Shown one piece after another: positions 45,761-56,420 of a DNA stretch of 64,000 bases. The position numbers and the translations under genes were made by a program. Numbering within the stretch: position 1 is the stretch's first letter; each line of letters opens with the position of its first letter. Below the pieces are notes generated by a model. That model was not told the origin of the DNA. It saw only the letters and a program-made list of their open reading frames with translations, and did not search any database. The DNA comes from Minisyncoccota bacterium (lineage in GTDB: Bacteria; Patescibacteriota; Minisyncoccia; Phycocordibacterales; Phycocordibacteraceae), in the NCBI GenBank assembly GCA_035627595.1, contig DASPLK010000002.1:85864-149863 (forward strand), in the 5' to 3' direction.

Positions 45761-46867
45761 CTAGGCCGTACGTCGCCTCTTAGTGCGGTGCGCTGCGACG
45801 TTCAAGATGATACCGACTGAAGCCAGGGCGCATAAAAGCGCCGTGCCGCCGTGGGACACAAATGGGAGCGGCAGTCCCGTCAGCGGCATTATGCCGAGCA
45901 TGGCGCCGATATTAAGAAATGCGGAGAATGTGATAAGGAGCGTGAGGCCGGCCGCGGCGAGTGCCCCGAAAGTATTGGCAGCCTCTGCGGCGATCATGAG
46001 CCCACGGGTCGCAAACGCAGTAAATAGGAGTACTAGCAAAACGGTACCGAAGAATCCGAACTCCTCTCCGAAGACCGCAAACACCGAGTCGCCGACCGGC
46101 TCCGGAAGATAGTTAAACTTCTGAACGCTTTGTCCGTACCCGCGGCCGAGAACGCCTCCTGAGCCTATGGCGATAAGGGACTGCTGTATCTGATATCCAG
46201 AAGTGAGTGAGTTTTGCGAAGGGTCAATGAACGTCTGCACGCGATTCATTAGGTATGGGCGTGTCGCAATCAGAACGGAAATACCTATAAGTCCAATGAT
46301 GCCTATGATCACGAAATCACGTAGGCGCGCGCCTGCTAGGAAATAGAGCGCGACAGACGTGGCTCCAAGAATGAGCACGGTCGAGGTGTTTGGTTGTGCC
46401 AGAAGCAACAGGGACGGAACGCCGACAATAATACCGAACGGTATAAGCCCATACCTGAACTCATGCAGCTTTGCTTTCATATTTGCCAGGTACGCAGCAA
46501 GCATCAGGATGACGCCTATCTTGAGAAATTCTGCCGGCTGTACGGTGACAAAACCAAAATCAAGCCAGCGGGTCGCGCCGTTAGTCGTGAGTCCAAGCGG
46601 TGTAAACACGAGAGCGGTAAGTATGACGCTACCAACATACAAAGGCACAATGCCTTTCAGTAGAAGCTTCGGTGGAGCAAATCGGAGTCCAATGAGGAGT
46701 GCGATGCCCGGGATAAGTCCAAGAACCAGCTGCGTGATCGCAAGGCGCCATGGCGCACCGTCAGCTCGTGCAAGAAGTCCGAGTGCGGCTGAGGCAAACA
46801 TAGCAATGCCGCTCACCACGAGGGTGAGGACGATTAGCGCGAAAAGGCGATCACCAGAAAGTCGCAT
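45761..46867 (-). CDS. ftsW: SEDS family peptidoglycan polymerase FtsW/RodA
   Basis: 10-TM SEDS topology; lies between mraY and murG. Confidence 0.85.
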   Translation of the reverse strand: MRLSGDRLFALIVLTLVVSGIAMFASAALGLLARADGAPWRLAITQLVLGLIPGIALLIGLRFAPPKLLLKGIVPLYVGSVILTALVFTPLGLTTNGATRWLDFGFVTVQPAEFLKIGVILMLAAYLANMKAKLHEFRYGLIPFGIIVGVPSLLLLAQPNTSTVLILGATSVALYFLAGARLRDFVIIGIIGLIGISVLIATRPYLMNRVQTFIDPSQNSLTSGYQIQQSLIAIGSGGVLGRGYGQSVQKFNYLPEPVGDSVFAVFGEEFGFFGTVLLVLLFTAFATRGLMIAAEAANTFGALAAAGLTLLITFSAFLNIGAMLGIMPLTGLPLPFVSHGGTALLCALASVGIILNVAAHRTKRRRTA

Positions 46868-46903
46868 GCTTCCCTATTCTAGCGCACCTCTGCTATGCAC
46901 CTG

Positions 46904-47965
46904 TTACTTAAGGAGCGCGAGCGCGACGCCAAAGATACCTGCAATGATGGTAACCACCCAGTAGCGCATGGTGACTTTGTATGCGGGCCAGCCAATTGCC
47001 TCGAAATGGTGGTGGATAGGCGCAACGCGAAAGAGCTTTCGTTTGAAAAACTTCTTCCAGAGAACCTGAAGCACGTTCGTAAAGACGGTCGCGGCAAGCG
47101 GAAGCGCAATAATCGGAAGGACAAACACACCAACGCCCTCGCCAAGAACGTCCGCAGAGAACGCGGTGACCGCAAGGGCCATAGTAAGCGCCATACTGCC
47201 TGTCTCTGATAAGTAGAAGCGCGCCGGCGGGATATTAAACCAAGTGAAAGCGAGCAGGGCTCCAGAGACGACCGCTGAGAAAGCTGCGAGCGAGATCTGA
47301 GTCTGCGCGAACGCGATGCCCGCATAGGCCATAAATATAATCGCAAATACGCCGCCGGCGAGGCCGTCTATGCCGTCGATGACACCGCTAGCATAAAGTG
47401 CGAGCGTCACAACTACAAAGAACAGTATGAATAGCTGCCCAAGCGGAATCGCCTCTAGAAAAGGTACGCCGACGGCGGCAACGCCGAGCTTTGCATAAAA
47501 CCACCAGCCTGCGAACGTCGCGAATGCAGCAACTAGCAGCAATCGCTTTAAAAGTGACAGTCCTCCCTTGCTCTGCGTCACCTCAAGAACATCGTCAATG
47601 AGGCCGACGGCGCCGCCGATAAGCAATGCTGCGAGCGGTAGCCACGTCTGCTCGCGCGTAACAAAATCAAGAAGTGAGAACGATCCATCAAGGAAAAACC
47701 CGAGGGCGGAGAAAAAGAGTGCAGTAAGAGCAACCGTGCTCCAGATAAGAATGCCTCCCATTCTGGGCACATTAACTTCACGCTCCTTATGAAGCTCGTT
47801 AAATAACGGGGTGCCGTTTCCATCTCCCATGCCCTTGTGCTTCCCTGCCTTTTTCTTCCAGGCCTTATGTTTATACAGGTAGTGCGTCAGGACCGGAGCT
47901 GACGCGATTCCTATCGCAAAGGCGACGACAAACGGGATGAGGACTCGTGCAGCGTCAAGGATCAT
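46904..47965 (-). CDS. mraY: phospho-N-acetylmuramoyl-pentapeptide transferase MraY
   Basis: Polytopic; DD..GL.. and H.HFE-like motifs (HHHFEAIGW). Confidence 0.9.
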   Translation of the reverse strand: MILDAARVLIPFVVAFAIGIASAPVLTHYLYKHKAWKKKAGKHKGMGDGNGTPLFNELHKEREVNVPRMGGILIWSTVALTALFFSALGFFLDGSFSLLDFVTREQTWLPLAALLIGGAVGLIDDVLEVTQSKGGLSLLKRLLLVAAFATFAGWWFYAKLGVAAVGVPFLEAIPLGQLFILFFVVVTLALYASGVIDGIDGLAGGVFAIIFMAYAGIAFAQTQISLAAFSAVVSGALLAFTWFNIPPARFYLSETGSMALTMALAVTAFSADVLGEGVGVFVLPIIALPLAATVFTNVLQVLWKKFFKRKLFRVAPIHHHFEAIGWPAYKVTMRYWVVTIIAGIFGVALALLK

Positions 47966-48912
47966 GAGGGTGTCGTTCCTGCAAAGTGTGCGAACGCCGC
48001 GTCCATAAGCCGCTTCACATCGCTGAACCTGCCATCGATCGTGGAGCCGAGCACTACCACTGCGACCGGATGCCCAAACCCGGCATCGAATACGACTGCA
48101 AGGTTTCCGCCGGCAAGGTCAGTAAAGCCGGTCTTGGATAGGAGCGCACCCGGTACTTCAACTACTCCCTGATTCGTATTCCTCATTTCATGCGGAATGC
48201 CGGTTTCAGAAACAACAGAAACAGTCGATTTGGTGGTCGTATACGCAAGCTCGGGTGCCGCCTCAAGCAGAGCGCCAGCAAGGAGCGCTACATCACGCGC
48301 TGATCCGTAACCGCCGGAGACCTCTGCATCCTCATCAAGTCCCGTACCGTTAAGCGCGTATGTCTGAGAGAGGTGTGCTGCCTGAGCTGCGCTTGCCATG
48401 AGTGCGGAACCGGCAATGCCGCGCTTTTTTTGCGCTGCCTCGGCTATAGCCGCTGCTGCATCATTAGAAGACGCAACAAGTGCAAGCTCTGCTGCGTCGC
48501 GGAATGTGAATACCTCACCTTCAATAAAGCCGCTCTCGCCTTCAGCTGAGAGTGCGGATGCTGTTATGGTCACTGGCGCATCATCCTCAAGTGTTGTGGC
48601 GCCAGCATATACAGTTAGAAGCTTTGTGAGGGATGCGAGCGGAAGCTGCGCCTCTGCGTTCTCTGCATATAGAGTCTCGCCCGTTGTAAGGTCGTATACG
48701 ATTGCTGCCTTGCCCTGTATGCGCATGCCGGCAAAAGCATCAGGACGAGGTGCCTCGACGACCGGTTCAGGCACTGGCTCCTCTTTCAATAACATTGGAG
48801 CTGCGAATGCCGCTCCCGCAAGCACTGCTGTGCTGCCAAGTATCGCGATGCTCATCTGAATGAGCGTACGGTCGCGCTTTGCTTTCTGGTCGATAGTGTC
48901 CTTAAGCGTCAT
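47962..48912 (-). CDS. D-alanyl-D-alanine carboxypeptidase (S11, low-molecular-weight PBP)
   Basis: SxxK (ASLTKL), SxN (SSND), KTG (KTGFT). Confidence 0.75.
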   Translation of the reverse strand: MTLKDTIDQKAKRDRTLIQMSIAILGSTAVLAGAAFAAPMLLKEEPVPEPVVEAPRPDAFAGMRIQGKAAIVYDLTTGETLYAENAEAQLPLASLTKLLTVYAGATTLEDDAPVTITASALSAEGESGFIEGEVFTFRDAAELALVASSNDAAAAIAEAAQKKRGIAGSALMASAAQAAHLSQTYALNGTGLDEDAEVSGGYGSARDVALLAGALLEAAPELAYTTTKSTVSVVSETGIPHEMRNTNQGVVEVPGALLSKTGFTDLAGGNLAVVFDAGFGHPVAVVVLGSTIDGRFSDVKRLMDAAFAHFAGTTPS

Positions 48913-49453
48913 GATCGGTTGTTACAGGCTCCGCACGTTCAGCCAGTACTGCGGACAGTTCCGCAAACTGTGGAAGCTCCTCCTTCTTAGTAACGCCAAG
49001 ATGTGCCAGTGCGTCGACGGTAGTGGTATAGCGTGCACGACGCTTATCCTCCTGGTCTTCTGTGCGCTCTATAAGACCGCGCAGCAGTAGTGAACGAATG
49101 GCGGCGCCCGAATTCACGCCGCGAATCCAGTCGATCTCGCCGCGGGTGGCGCTGCCCTGGTAGAGGATGATGGCGAGCGCCTCGAGTCCAGCCTTTCCAA
49201 GATCTTTCGAGAGCTCACTCTCGCGAAGCTTCTTAACTATAGCCGCTGCGTCGGGGGCCGTGCGGAGCTCGAGCTCGTCCTCGGTCTCAATTAGCGCGAG
49301 CCCCCTGCCCTCGAGATCCTTTCGTAGCTCAGCCGCAGCTGCGTTTATGAGGTCCATGGTGACCTCAAAGAGTCCCGCCAGGCGGCGTTTAGACATGGAT
49401 TCGCCCGCTGCGAAGAGGACCGCTTCGAGCGCCTGTGAAGGAGAAAGCTGCAT
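48902..49453 (-). CDS. scpB: segregation and condensation protein B
   Basis: LEAVLFAAGESMS...ILYQGSATRGEIDWIRGV winged-helix pair. Confidence 0.8.
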   Translation of the reverse strand: MQLSPSQALEAVLFAAGESMSKRRLAGLFEVTMDLINAAAAELRKDLEGRGLALIETEDELELRTAPDAAAIVKKLRESELSKDLGKAGLEALAIILYQGSATRGEIDWIRGVNSGAAIRSLLLRGLIERTEDQEDKRRARYTTTVDALAHLGVTKKEELPQFAELSAVLAERAEPVTTDHDA

Positions 49454-49509
49454 AGTAGCTTTAGAATACCGCACAAAACGGTGCGGGCAACCCGTCAACT
49501 GGGGCTATA

Positions 49510-50289
49510 ATGGTTGCCATGACCTTATTGGACAGCATCCTCCTCGGCGCGCTTGAGGGCTTCACCGAGTTCCTGCCGATCTCCTCGACGGGACACCTTA
49601 TCCTTGCAAGTGAATTACTTGGTCTTTCGTCATCAGACTTCGTCAAAAGCTTCATGATTGCTGTGCAGCTAGGCGCTATCGCAGCAGTCGTCCTTCTCTA
49701 CTTCAAGAAGTTTCTCGATGTTGAGGTCATCAAACGCCTCATTGTCGGCTTCATTCCGACCGGCATCATCGGCTTCACGCTGTACCAGCTCATCAAGGAT
49801 TACCTGATCGGCAATTCGTACATCGTGGTAGCCGCACTTCTACTGGGAGGTATAGCACTTATTGCTTTTGAGCTCCTACATAAGGAATCTGACGAGGAGC
49901 CGGCTGAGATACGCTCCCTTCCCTACAAGCAGGTTGCCCTGGTCGGACTTTTCCAATCAGTGGCCATGATTCCCGGCGTTTCGCGCTCAGCTGCGACTAT
50001 TGTGGGCGGTCTTTTAATAGGCATGCGCCGAGCAACCATTGTTGAGTTCTCGTTCCTATTGGCTGTGCCTACCATGGCCGCCGCGACCGGATACGACATA
50101 CTGAAGAGCTTCGATACATTTCCGACCGACGGGTTCGGCCTTCTAGCCGCAGGCTTCGTTACCTCACTGATCGTCGCGCTTCTTTCGATGAAGCTTCTCA
50201 TCGGATTTGTTAAGGAGCACACGTTTATCCCGTTTGGTATCTACCGCATCGTACTCGCGGCCCTGTTCTTCGTATTCGTGCTGCTCTAG
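49510..50289 (+). CDS. uppP: undecaprenyl-diphosphate phosphatase
   Basis: GFTEFLPISSTGHL signature. Confidence 0.9.
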   Translation: MVAMTLLDSILLGALEGFTEFLPISSTGHLILASELLGLSSSDFVKSFMIAVQLGAIAAVVLLYFKKFLDVEVIKRLIVGFIPTGIIGFTLYQLIKDYLIGNSYIVVAALLLGGIALIAFELLHKESDEEPAEIRSLPYKQVALVGLFQSVAMIPGVSRSAATIVGGLLIGMRRATIVEFSFLLAVPTMAAATGYDILKSFDTFPTDGFGLLAAGFVTSLIVALLSMKLLIGFVKEHTFIPFGIYRIVLAALFFVFVLL

Positions 50290-50291
50290 CA

Positions 50292-50897
50292 CTACACGTT
50301 GGTCATTATCTCAGCGACTAACTCTGGAAACTCTTCCTGATTAAAGTGCGCGCGGTCAGCAAATACGGATGCACGTGCATGCGGAAGCGCTGCCTGGTAT
50401 CTGGAAAGCTCTGAGTACGGTACGACGGTATCGTCAGTGCTGTGGTAGAGATGGATACGGCCGCCTTGTGCAGAGAACTTTTCAAGCGAGTTAGGTAGGG
50501 CGAAATCTGCAAGCGTCGTGATTGAATCGGTAGCTGCGTAGGGCGCCGCGACAAGATAGGTTGATGAAATGCGCACCGGCACATCATTCTCAGAAAGGTA
50601 TTTTGCAAGGAAAAGGCCGCCAAGCGAATGGCCGACCAATACCACGCCATCGCGCAGGTACGGGACTATTTTCTCAAACCATATTTTCCACTCTTCGTAC
50701 TTCGCGTTGTACTTGCTCGGCATGCTAGGACGAAGTACGTCGAACGTCTCACCGAGTGTCTCCGGAAGACGCTTTTTCCAATCCTTGTAGTCAGGACGCA
50801 TGGGATCGTACTCCCATGAGCGAAGTGCCTCGAGATACTGATTGTAAGTATCAAACGTCTCCCCGCCGTGTATTACTACTACCTGCCGCTTATCCAT
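50292..50897 (-). CDS. alpha/beta hydrolase (RBBP9/YdeN-like serine hydrolase)
   Basis: GHSLGG nucleophile elbow. Confidence 0.7.
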   Translation of the reverse strand: MDKRQVVVIHGGETFDTYNQYLEALRSWEYDPMRPDYKDWKKRLPETLGETFDVLRPSMPSKYNAKYEEWKIWFEKIVPYLRDGVVLVGHSLGGLFLAKYLSENDVPVRISSTYLVAAPYAATDSITTLADFALPNSLEKFSAQGGRIHLYHSTDDTVVPYSELSRYQAALPHARASVFADRAHFNQEEFPELVAEIMTNV

Positions 50898-51627
50898 ACT
50901 TCGGTGTTGTGGGCGCCGTGTTCGTTATTTTGATGTCCGCAAAATGATCGTGCTGCGCCGCATCAACAACACCCTGCTTCACGAGCTCAAGGAGCGCAAG
51001 GAACGAAACAATAACCTCTACCTTCTCCTTGGCACCACCTGAAAATTCTTTAAAGGAGACTGCAAGCGCGGTCTGCACACGATCCGTGAGGCGGTCCATC
51101 ATCTCCTCGATGGTGATTAGTGGCTTCACACGCACCTCCGGAAGCTGCTCCTGCTTCTCCGCTTCGGTGAGTGCGTTTCGAAGCGCGGCTGTAAGTGTTT
51201 CAGGACTGAGGTCGCGAGACGGCGCGAACATGGGCTCAGGCGCACGCTCGCCGCGCGAGACCAAGACAGCTCTGCCAAAGATACGCGAGAGCTCACGAGC
51301 CGCTTCACGAGCCTTCTCATACATGAGGAGGCGCCTCTTAAGATCCTCGACGTCCTCCTCCTCATCCTCAGAGAGCGCAAGCTCCGGAATCAAAGACTTT
51401 GATTTTATGAGAAGTAGGGTCGCCGCGACTGAAATGAAATTCGCAGCCTCCTCCATTGGAAACTCTGCCTGACCCCTGACGTGCTGAATGAAATCGTCGG
51501 TAACCTCCGCAAGTGAAAGCTCATTGACGTGTAGCTTACGCTTCTCGATAAGGTCAAGGAGAAGCTCCAAGGGGCCTTCATAGGATGCGGTGCGCACTGT
51601 GTAGCTGGGCGTGGTTACGCTTTCCAT
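50890..51627 (-). CDS. scpA: segregation and condensation protein A
   Basis: YEGPLELLLDLIEKRKLHVNELSLAEVTDDF. Confidence 0.8.
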   Translation of the reverse strand: MESVTTPSYTVRTASYEGPLELLLDLIEKRKLHVNELSLAEVTDDFIQHVRGQAEFPMEEAANFISVAATLLLIKSKSLIPELALSEDEEEDVEDLKRRLLMYEKAREAARELSRIFGRAVLVSRGERAPEPMFAPSRDLSPETLTAALRNALTEAEKQEQLPEVRVKPLITIEEMMDRLTDRVQTALAVSFKEFSGGAKEKVEVIVSFLALLELVKQGVVDAAQHDHFADIKITNTAPTTPKYG

Positions 51628-53030
51628 GCTTCGATAAAGCGGATCATGAGCCTCACCGGGGCGCCGGCCGCACCCTTCGCCAACTCATCGCCTGGCGCCG
51701 CGGTCATTCTTGGCGCTATGTCGATATGCGCCCATGGGCATCCGAGTTCCTTAGCGAACTGCCAAAGGAACATACCGCCCTCAGTCGCGCCGCCGTAACG
51801 ACCCGCAGTGCCACTTGCTACGTTCGCAAGGTCAGCGAACGTTCCCCTGATGCAATTTTCATACTCGTCCCACATTGGAAGTCGCCATACATAATCGCCG
51901 GACTCCTCGCCAAGAGTGGTAAGTTGCTCTGCAAGCGCATCATCACGAGTAAGCAGGCCGCTCGCGTAGTCGCCTAGCGCAATATGTGCGGCACCCGTTA
52001 GAGTCGCCGCATCAAGTACGACGGATGGCTTGTAGCGCTTCGCGTATGTAAGCGCATCGGCAAGAACGAGACGTCCCTCCGCGTCGGTATTCAATACTTC
52101 GATGGTCTTTCCAGAAAGCGATCTTAGGATGTCGCCCGGACGCGTTGCAGATCCCGATGGCATATTCTCCGCCGACGGGATAAGACCAATGACGTGTTTC
52201 TTAATTCCAAGACGTGCAGCAAGCGCAACTGTGTGAATGACTGCGGAAGCACCCGACATGTCCATGTGCATCTCGTAAATGCCAGTCGAGGGCTTGAGAT
52301 TGAGGCCGCCTGAATCAAACGTAATACCTTTTCCAGCCAGGACTATTGGCTTCCCTGCCCCTCCTTTGTACTCCATGACGGTGAACGTCGGTTCTTCGGA
52401 GGAGCCAGCGGCAACGCCCAAAATTGCACCCATACCGAGCTTCTTCATTTGGGCCCCGCCTAGGGTTGTAACGGTGATCGGAAGGCCGTTAGCGGCTGCT
52501 TTTGCGGCTTTGGCGAGCCCTCGCGGAGTCATATCCCCGCCTGGAGTATTTGAGAGCGCACGGCACTCGTTCACCGCCTGGCCGATCATTTGACCCTTCT
52601 TTGCGGCTGCCTCAATAGTCTTCGAGCTCGGGCTCGTAATGACGATCTCCTCCACCTCGTTAAAGCCGTTCTTAGGCTCCGTCTTGAACTGGGTGAACTC
52701 GAAGTTCGCCATTTCGAAGTTCTCCGCAGCAAGCTCGGACAAACGCTCCGGAGATATGTCGCCGAGGTTCTTAAATATGAAGGGGCTTTCTGAGAAATCG
52801 AGCGTAATCTTCCGCTTCTTATGCAGCTTTGCTGTTTGTACGATCGCGCGGCAGAGGATAATGAACCGACGTTGGTTCATATCGTTTCCCTTTCCTGCTC
52901 CTATTTCGAGGGTGTCGATGCCGCCCTCGCGAACCAATCGGCGAACACTCCTATCCTCCTCGATAAGGCGGATGCGGGTGTAGCTGGGTGCGATATCCTT
53001 CAGTGCCTTCTTGGAGAATGTGAACTTCAT
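51615..53030 (-). CDS. pepA: leucyl aminopeptidase (M17)
   Basis: NTDAEGRLVLADAL signature. Confidence 0.85.
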   Translation of the reverse strand: MKFTFSKKALKDIAPSYTRIRLIEEDRSVRRLVREGGIDTLEIGAGKGNDMNQRRFIILCRAIVQTAKLHKKRKITLDFSESPFIFKNLGDISPERLSELAAENFEMANFEFTQFKTEPKNGFNEVEEIVITSPSSKTIEAAAKKGQMIGQAVNECRALSNTPGGDMTPRGLAKAAKAAANGLPITVTTLGGAQMKKLGMGAILGVAAGSSEEPTFTVMEYKGGAGKPIVLAGKGITFDSGGLNLKPSTGIYEMHMDMSGASAVIHTVALAARLGIKKHVIGLIPSAENMPSGSATRPGDILRSLSGKTIEVLNTDAEGRLVLADALTYAKRYKPSVVLDAATLTGAAHIALGDYASGLLTRDDALAEQLTTLGEESGDYVWRLPMWDEYENCIRGTFADLANVASGTAGRYGGATEGGMFLWQFAKELGCPWAHIDIAPRMTAAPGDELAKGAAGAPVRLMIRFIEAWKA

Positions 53031-54490
53031 TATTTCTGTTCCTTAATGGTAAGGCCGAGCTCTTTGAGCTGGACGGGGTTTATGGCGGACGGCGCGCCGG
53101 TCATGAGGTCCTTCCCTTCACCGGTCTTAGCGAATGCGATGACCTCGCGGATGTTGGGCTGGTTTTCAAGAAGCATGACGATGCGGTCGATGCCGGGCGC
53201 GAACCCGCCATGGGGCGGCGTGCCGAATGAGAAGGCATCGAGCATATGGCCGAACTTCGCACGCTGCTCCTCTTCATCCATGCCAAGAAGATTGAATACC
53301 TGCTTTTGCTCTTCCTGCTTGTGTATACGGATGGAGCCTGAGGAGAGCTCGTATCCATTTAGGACGAGATCGTACGCGTTTGCGCGTATAGAGAAGAGGT
53401 CCTCGCCCTTCAAGAACTTCTCCTTATCCTCAGGCTTTACCGAACAAAACGGATGGTGCGCAGCCTGTATGGAGCCGTCCTCCATCTTCTCGAACATTGG
53501 GAAGTCGACGACCCACGCAAACGCGAGCTCATTGGGATCTTCTTTGTTCTCCCTTAGATCGGGCTTATCGGAGCCATACTTCTCCATGGACTCCGCATAG
53601 GTTAGGCGTGGGAATGGAATCTGGGTGATCTTCTTCTCTGGATAGAGGGTCTTCACGAGTTCGATGAACATCGCCTCGGTGTATGAGAGAACATCCTCCT
53701 GCTCGACGAATGACATCTCATAGTCGAGCTGCGTAAACTCGGGCTGTCTGTCGCCGCGGGTATCCTCGTCACGCATACACCTGGCGACCTGGAAGTACTT
53801 CTCAAAGCCGGCAACCATCAAAAGCTGCTTGAACTGCTGTGGGGACTGCGGAAGGACGTAGAACTTGCCCTGTTCAAGGCGGCTGGGCACCACGTACTCG
53901 CGCGATCCTTCCGGCGTGCCCTTCATCATCATCGGCGTCTCTACCTCGATGAAGCCGTTCTGGTGCATGTAGTCGCGGAAGAAAGAAATGATTTTATCGC
54001 GCATACGAATGTTGCGCTGCATGCGTGGGGAGCGAAGGTCCAAGTACCGATACTTCATGCGTACTGATTCGTCGACGCCGATTGTGTCACCCGAGATATC
54101 AAACGGTACCGGTTCGCTCGCATTAAGGATCTCAATGCCCTTGATCTCGAGCTCGATATCACCGTTTACCTTATCGGCCTGGATATTGCGCTCGGGGCGC
54201 TTGTTTACGATGCCCTCAATGCGAACTACGTACTCATTCCTCACCTCTTTAGCGGTCTCCATGAGCGCTTCGTCGCCCGGGAGCACCACGCCCTGGACCA
54301 TGCCCGACGCGTCCCTGAAATCAAAGAACACAAGCTTTCCCTGGTCCCTCCGTACATCCACCCAGCCGCTTATAGAAACGGTCTCGCCGACATGTGCGCC
54401 CAAATCCCCTATCAAAATGCGGTCCTTCATATAGGTATCAAAGTAGCACGCCCCGCCCCGTTTTCGTAGTTTGGGGAGGGGCGTGATCAT
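53030..54490 (-). CDS. aspS: aspartyl-tRNA synthetase (bacterial-type but lacking the GAD insertion domain)
   Basis: QSPQQFKQLLM and YGSDKPDLR signatures. DLR is followed within about 15 aa by WVVDFPMFE, so the roughly 110-aa GAD insert is absent (486 aa total). Confidence 0.85.
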   Translation of the reverse strand: MITPLPKLRKRGGACYFDTYMKDRILIGDLGAHVGETVSISGWVDVRRDQGKLVFFDFRDASGMVQGVVLPGDEALMETAKEVRNEYVVRIEGIVNKRPERNIQADKVNGDIELEIKGIEILNASEPVPFDISGDTIGVDESVRMKYRYLDLRSPRMQRNIRMRDKIISFFRDYMHQNGFIEVETPMMMKGTPEGSREYVVPSRLEQGKFYVLPQSPQQFKQLLMVAGFEKYFQVARCMRDEDTRGDRQPEFTQLDYEMSFVEQEDVLSYTEAMFIELVKTLYPEKKITQIPFPRLTYAESMEKYGSDKPDLRENKEDPNELAFAWVVDFPMFEKMEDGSIQAAHHPFCSVKPEDKEKFLKGEDLFSIRANAYDLVLNGYELSSGSIRIHKQEEQKQVFNLLGMDEEEQRAKFGHMLDAFSFGTPPHGGFAPGIDRIVMLLENQPNIREVIAFAKTGEGKDLMTGAPSAINPVQLKELGLTIKEQK

Positions 54491-54748
54491 GGCCAGTCGG
54501 ATATGTTACGGAATATCCGATCACTGTGGTTCCTTCTTCTTGAGCCAACACCAGATAAGCGAACCAGTGACGAGGACTGACGCGACCGCCGCAACATAAC
54601 CGAACGCTGCGAAGGATAGCGTGTTGTCTTCGTTGAGAATTGGCGGTAGAGACATCGGGCTCCCTTTCCGTGTACAGCGCAGTGCAATCCACTACCTCTT
54701 CATTTTCGTACGCAGACGCGTAGACGGGAATAGCAGCGAGGTGCGTAA

Positions 54749-55702
54749 CTAGCGGACGCCAATCGCACTGCGAACTTCTTGCATCTTCTTCTCTGCGGCC
54801 TTACATGCGCGCTTACCTCCGTCCTTCAAGATAGACTCAACTCTTCGCTCGTTACCAGATAGCTTTGCGTATCGCTCACGCATTGGTGCGAAGTACGTGT
54901 TCAAGTCATCTGCAAGCGCCTCCTTAAGTGCTTTGTACTTTCCCTTGTGCTCCTCATACAACGCCGCAAGCTCTGTCTCAGTGCGTACGAGCTTGTGTAT
55001 GGCGTATACATTCTCCGGCCGCTCGCCGGAGGAGTCAGTTACGATAGACATTACGCGCTCGAGGGTTTCTTCGGGAGTGGCAAACATACGAATAGTATTG
55101 CCATAACTCTTGCTCATCTTCTGTCCATCTATGCCTGGCACAGTCGCAACCTCATCCATGATGTATTCCTTCGGAAGGCGGAAGGTCTCACCGAAGACGC
55201 GGTTGAATTTCTCAGCGGTATCCCGGGCGTACTCAATGTGCTGCTTTTGGTCCTGGCCCACGGGCACGAGTGCCGTATCGTATAGGAGTATGTCGGCAGC
55301 CATGAGCATCGGGTAATTGAAAGTGCCCACGCTTATTTCCTTCCCCTTCGCTTCCGCGTCTTTGTACGCATGCGCACGCTCAAGATACGGGATGGTGGTG
55401 ATGGTGTCGAATATCCAGGCAAGCTCGGTGTGTGCAAATACATCCGACTGACGGAAGATTGTGACCTTCTTCGGATCAAGTCCTGCAGCTAGATAGCTCA
55501 TAGCAAGCTCTCTTGTGAGGCGCCGCATTTCTGTTTGGTCTTGAATGAAGTTGAGAGCGTGGTAGTCCGCGATCATCACAAATATCTCGTGCTCACCCTT
55601 TTGTGCGAGATCAACATACTGACGCACAGCCCCAAAATAGTTGCCAATATGGAGGTCGCCGGTCGGCTTTACGCCGGAGAGTATGACAGGCTTCTTGTTC
55701 AT
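54749..55702 (-). CDS. trpS: tryptophanyl-tRNA synthetase
   Basis: SGVKPTGDLHIGNY (HIGH) and KMSKSYGN. Confidence 0.9.
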   Translation of the reverse strand: MNKKPVILSGVKPTGDLHIGNYFGAVRQYVDLAQKGEHEIFVMIADYHALNFIQDQTEMRRLTRELAMSYLAAGLDPKKVTIFRQSDVFAHTELAWIFDTITTIPYLERAHAYKDAEAKGKEISVGTFNYPMLMAADILLYDTALVPVGQDQKQHIEYARDTAEKFNRVFGETFRLPKEYIMDEVATVPGIDGQKMSKSYGNTIRMFATPEETLERVMSIVTDSSGERPENVYAIHKLVRTETELAALYEEHKGKYKALKEALADDLNTYFAPMRERYAKLSGNERRVESILKDGGKRACKAAEKKMQEVRSAIGVR

Positions 55703-55806
55703 GTTCGTACGATAGCATGCCGGCTTGTGCACATAAGCACTTGCCAATAGTAATCTTCATTATATAATATAAATCTGGCTGTTCATTCACAATATAGGAG
55801 GGTTGG

Positions 55807-56391
55807 GTGGAACCAATCATTCAACGACCACTTGATGGCACGCTCGACACCGAAATGGTGGTCGCAGCGATGCTCCGGCCGCTCTTGAACGCGGCTGAAA
55901 GTGCCCGGCAACTTGCCGAGCACTACAACCACTTCAAGGTGGGCGCCTCGGTGCTTGCACTGAAGGAGTCTGCAGAGGTCGGTTCAATCGGCATCTTCGC
56001 CGGCTGGAACCGGAAGCTGAAGTCAGGCCCGTGCAAGGACCGACGGTGTGCCGAGATGCACGCCATGTGGGATGCGTTCGAGTCTGGCTACAAGCGGATC
56101 CTCGCAGTTGCGGTCCATGCGCCGCATCAAGCAGATGACGCGACTGGGCTCGACCTGGGCGTACTTATCTGCTGCGGGTACTGCCGCAACAGCTTCCGCG
56201 CGCTCATGCAGATGCAAATGCTCGTCGACCCCGATGTTTTATTCCATTTCAGGAACGCACAGACGGGCTTCGCGCTCTCTCTCACCTTGGGGGAATTGCT
56301 CGCGCGATGCGGTGGCGACCGCGATCCAGCCATCTACACGCTGGGCACGCCCGTTACGGGCCTGCTTCAGCAAGCGGGGCGATCTCCTTGA
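55807..56391 (+). CDS. cytidine/deoxycytidylate deaminase-family zinc enzyme (CDA-like)
   Basis: CAEMHA and CCGYCR match the C/H-A-E ... PCxxC zinc-binding pattern. Confidence 0.55.
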   Translation: MEPIIQRPLDGTLDTEMVVAAMLRPLLNAAESARQLAEHYNHFKVGASVLALKESAEVGSIGIFAGWNRKLKSGPCKDRRCAEMHAMWDAFESGYKRILAVAVHAPHQADDATGLDLGVLICCGYCRNSFRALMQMQMLVDPDVLFHFRNAQTGFALSLTLGELLARCGGDRDPAIYTLGTPVTGLLQQAGRSP

Positions 56392-56420
56392 GAGGTCGTC
56401 CCGTCGCTATTTATATACAA

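Noticed and set aside
54521-54656. 45-codon hydrophobic micro-ORF (MSLPPILNEDNTLSFAAFGYVAAVASVLVTGSLIWCWLKKKEPQ) between trpS and aspS with a GGGAG Shine-Dalgarno
   Set aside because: Plausible small membrane peptide but below any length where I can separate it from chance; not listed as a feature.
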